Positions 62,021-64,000 of a stretch of DNA of 64,000 nt are shown one piece after another. The stretch covers positions 28,451,211 to 28,515,210 of the forward strand of contig JARFYF010000055.1 in assembly GCA_030265395.1 (NCBI GenBank), in the 5' to 3' direction. Position 1 is the first letter of the stretch. Each line of letters starts with the position of its first letter. The position numbers and the translations under genes are program-made. Below the pieces are notes generated by a model. The model saw only the letters and a program-made list of their open reading frames with translations, ran no database searches and had not been told where the DNA came from. This stretch comes from Rhina ancylostomus (lineage: Eukaryota).

Positions 62021-64000
62021 GACAATAGCAGATCTCCAATAATTTACTCAAGTGTAAATCTCTGATCATTGCTATTTGTCCACAGAATTTGACCTCTTTG
62101 TTACATTGAAATAGCTTGGGCAATGAGAGTCAGGTCACCAACCATTAAATTCTGGGCTCATGGCTATATGGGGAAAATATCAAGTAAAGATACTGCTCTA
62201 GCTAATTGATGGAAATTGTATGTTTGCAAGCATTAAGCAAGGCCAAGGTTAGTCTGCACTGCAAAATCCACTGTTAGAAATCCAACNNNNNNNNNNNNNN
62301 NNNNNNNNNNNNNNNNNNNNNNNNNNNNNNNNNNNNNNNNNNNNNNNNNNNNNNNNNNNNNNNNNNNNNNNNNNNNNNNNNNNNNNGTTAGAAATCCAAC
62401 ATTTGAAACTCAAGAGCTACCATAATCATGACATGTTATTGTACGATTAGACAGTCAACTATTTATTTCTGCACCAGATGATAAATCACATGATTTTACA
62501 GTTGAGGTGACTTGTGAAACTGCAAAACCAATCATCAAACAGTTGAGATAGGCAACCTTGATGTCACTTCCATCCATCCATTATGTTTGCAGTATTTTTG
62601 GAAATGCTTTTATTCCAGTTTAAGTTCTGCGTTCCGTCAAACCACTGTTGTGTCTCACAGCAGCTCCAAAGACATCACAGTGGCTCATGTTGATTATGCA
62701 ATGAACAGCAAATAACATGTGTAATGTAATTGCTATAGGTTAATGAAATTCTCCCAACCATTTGTATCATTGGGAAATAATGTAATCATTGCATATAATG
62801 GATTATTAAAAAGTAGTAATCTAATGAAGCAAATGGGTTTGTAACTTCCATTTGTATATTGAAATTAAACTGAAGTCCATAAAGATATACTTCATTTTTA
62901 AAGCACAATATGAATCTCCTGTGACATTTATCTCTGGATAGCTATTTCCTAATCAACAGAAAGGAAATGCCTTGGACAAAGCTGGCTACTGTAAAGGTGG
63001 ATCTATTTATAATAATTGGATATAAAATCAGGAGAGAGCAGTAGAAATTTTTAATGCAAAGGTTTGATTTCATCCAAAATGTACTGTTCTAAAGGCAGTC
63101 GTACTTTTCAAAATGGAATTGGCTATATTGTAAAATGAAAGGTGTGCAGAGGAGAACAGGGAAATGAGACTAATTATGTAGTTGTTTCACAGTCCAAATA
63201 GCCACATTGTAGGATTACGTTGGCAAGAAATTGCGTCTGGGAGAGTTTTGCAGTCAGCTAGTCTGGCGAGACCTCCACAGTACAGATTTCATTGGGGTGC
63301 ACTGAAGACCATGTGACCAGTCTTCATGTACACAGAATATTGTAAATTTAAGTTGTTCTGCTGGAGGAGAAGCACATCAGTTGGTAAAGCTAGATTTTAT
63401 TCTCACATGCTAAAAACACAATTTAATGACATTTTTCAGATGTGAAATGTAGATGTAGCTTTCGACTAAAGTGCTTCATAAAATCACCTTCGATCTTGTT
63501 CAGATATCATTTGAGATACTAAAGTGAAATACACGTACTGAGGACACAATCTGCTTTCTCGATTGAAAAAGCATGATTTTCGTCTCTCTTTCTTTCTTTT
63601 GGCCTGGATTGCAGGATTTAAAAACAATAAGCATTTGATGATAATTTAACCATGGAGCTTTGTTAGAAAAGTCATAAATATTCCGGCAGTAGAATGTTTT
63701 GAAATCATATGGAAGAGAACGATAGGAAAATTTCCACTGTGACCTTAGAGAAATTAAGTAATGTGCCCTGGGAAACACTGTACACTGAAAATGCACAGAT
63801 ATTACTTTCGTAGGGATTGCAGAGACAGTTGGAGTTTTTGACTCCCTTACACTCACAGGATGATACATCTGCTGGACATACATAGTTATTTTCATGTTGC
63901 TGCCATAGCTGAGTATTTGGTTGCCAGATACTGGAACTGGACAACTGGATTTAAATCAAGTTATATGGTAGCAACCTTGTCCTCTGTGCTGGATTGAAGT

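Larger units (their letters stand above)
19281..64000 (+). other. Large intron (>=44.7 kb, runs off the window)
   Basis: The expected next exon (KADLAVAPL.IT..RE..IDFSKPFM…) was not found by eye or in the ORF track; the region is repeat-rich. Confidence 0.7.

Noticed and set aside
1-64000. CRISPR-like array, operon or viral/endogenous-virus ORFs
   Set aside because: No regularly spaced repeats and no long intact ORFs; all recognisable coding remnants are non-LTR retroelements or the two receptor exons.

Overview
Vertebrate genomic DNA, almost certainly a cartilaginous fish (shark/ray; inferred from the CR1/Rex1/Penelope/V-SINE/DeuSINE repeat landscape), from a draft assembly with many N gaps. 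The window lies inside a + strand kainate-type ionotropic glutamate receptor gene (GRIK1/2/3 group, best guess GRIK3). It holds two phase-0 coding exons, 6500-6613 (ATD-LBD linker/start of S1) and 19077-19280 (S1 ligand-binding segment), separated by a 12,463-bp intron and followed by at least 44.7 kb of intron in which I could not find the next exon. The other ORFs in the track that I could place are fragments of decayed transposons, and the rest appear to be chance ORFs. The most interesting signal is a dispersed family (about 10 loci) of Penelope-like element (PLE) ends. They carry a minimal type-I hammerhead-ribozyme motif (one copy, 42236-42274, has an intact catalytic core on the pre-mRNA strand) and often form fold-back inverted repeats, including a 45-bp near-perfect hairpin about 600 nt downstream of the S1 exon with an ADAR-type UAG A:C mismatch. 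Also noted: a ~180-bp duplication flanking a Rex1 insertion, an ancient ~180-bp inverted-repeat element, a strong CTCF motif, a G-quadruplex cluster, candidate conserved enhancers and gap-flank duplications that look like assembly artefacts. I see no prokaryote-type system (CRISPR, operon). Repeat boundaries are approximate, family names come from recalled motifs rather than a database search, and PLE hammerheads are a known class rather than something wholly new.
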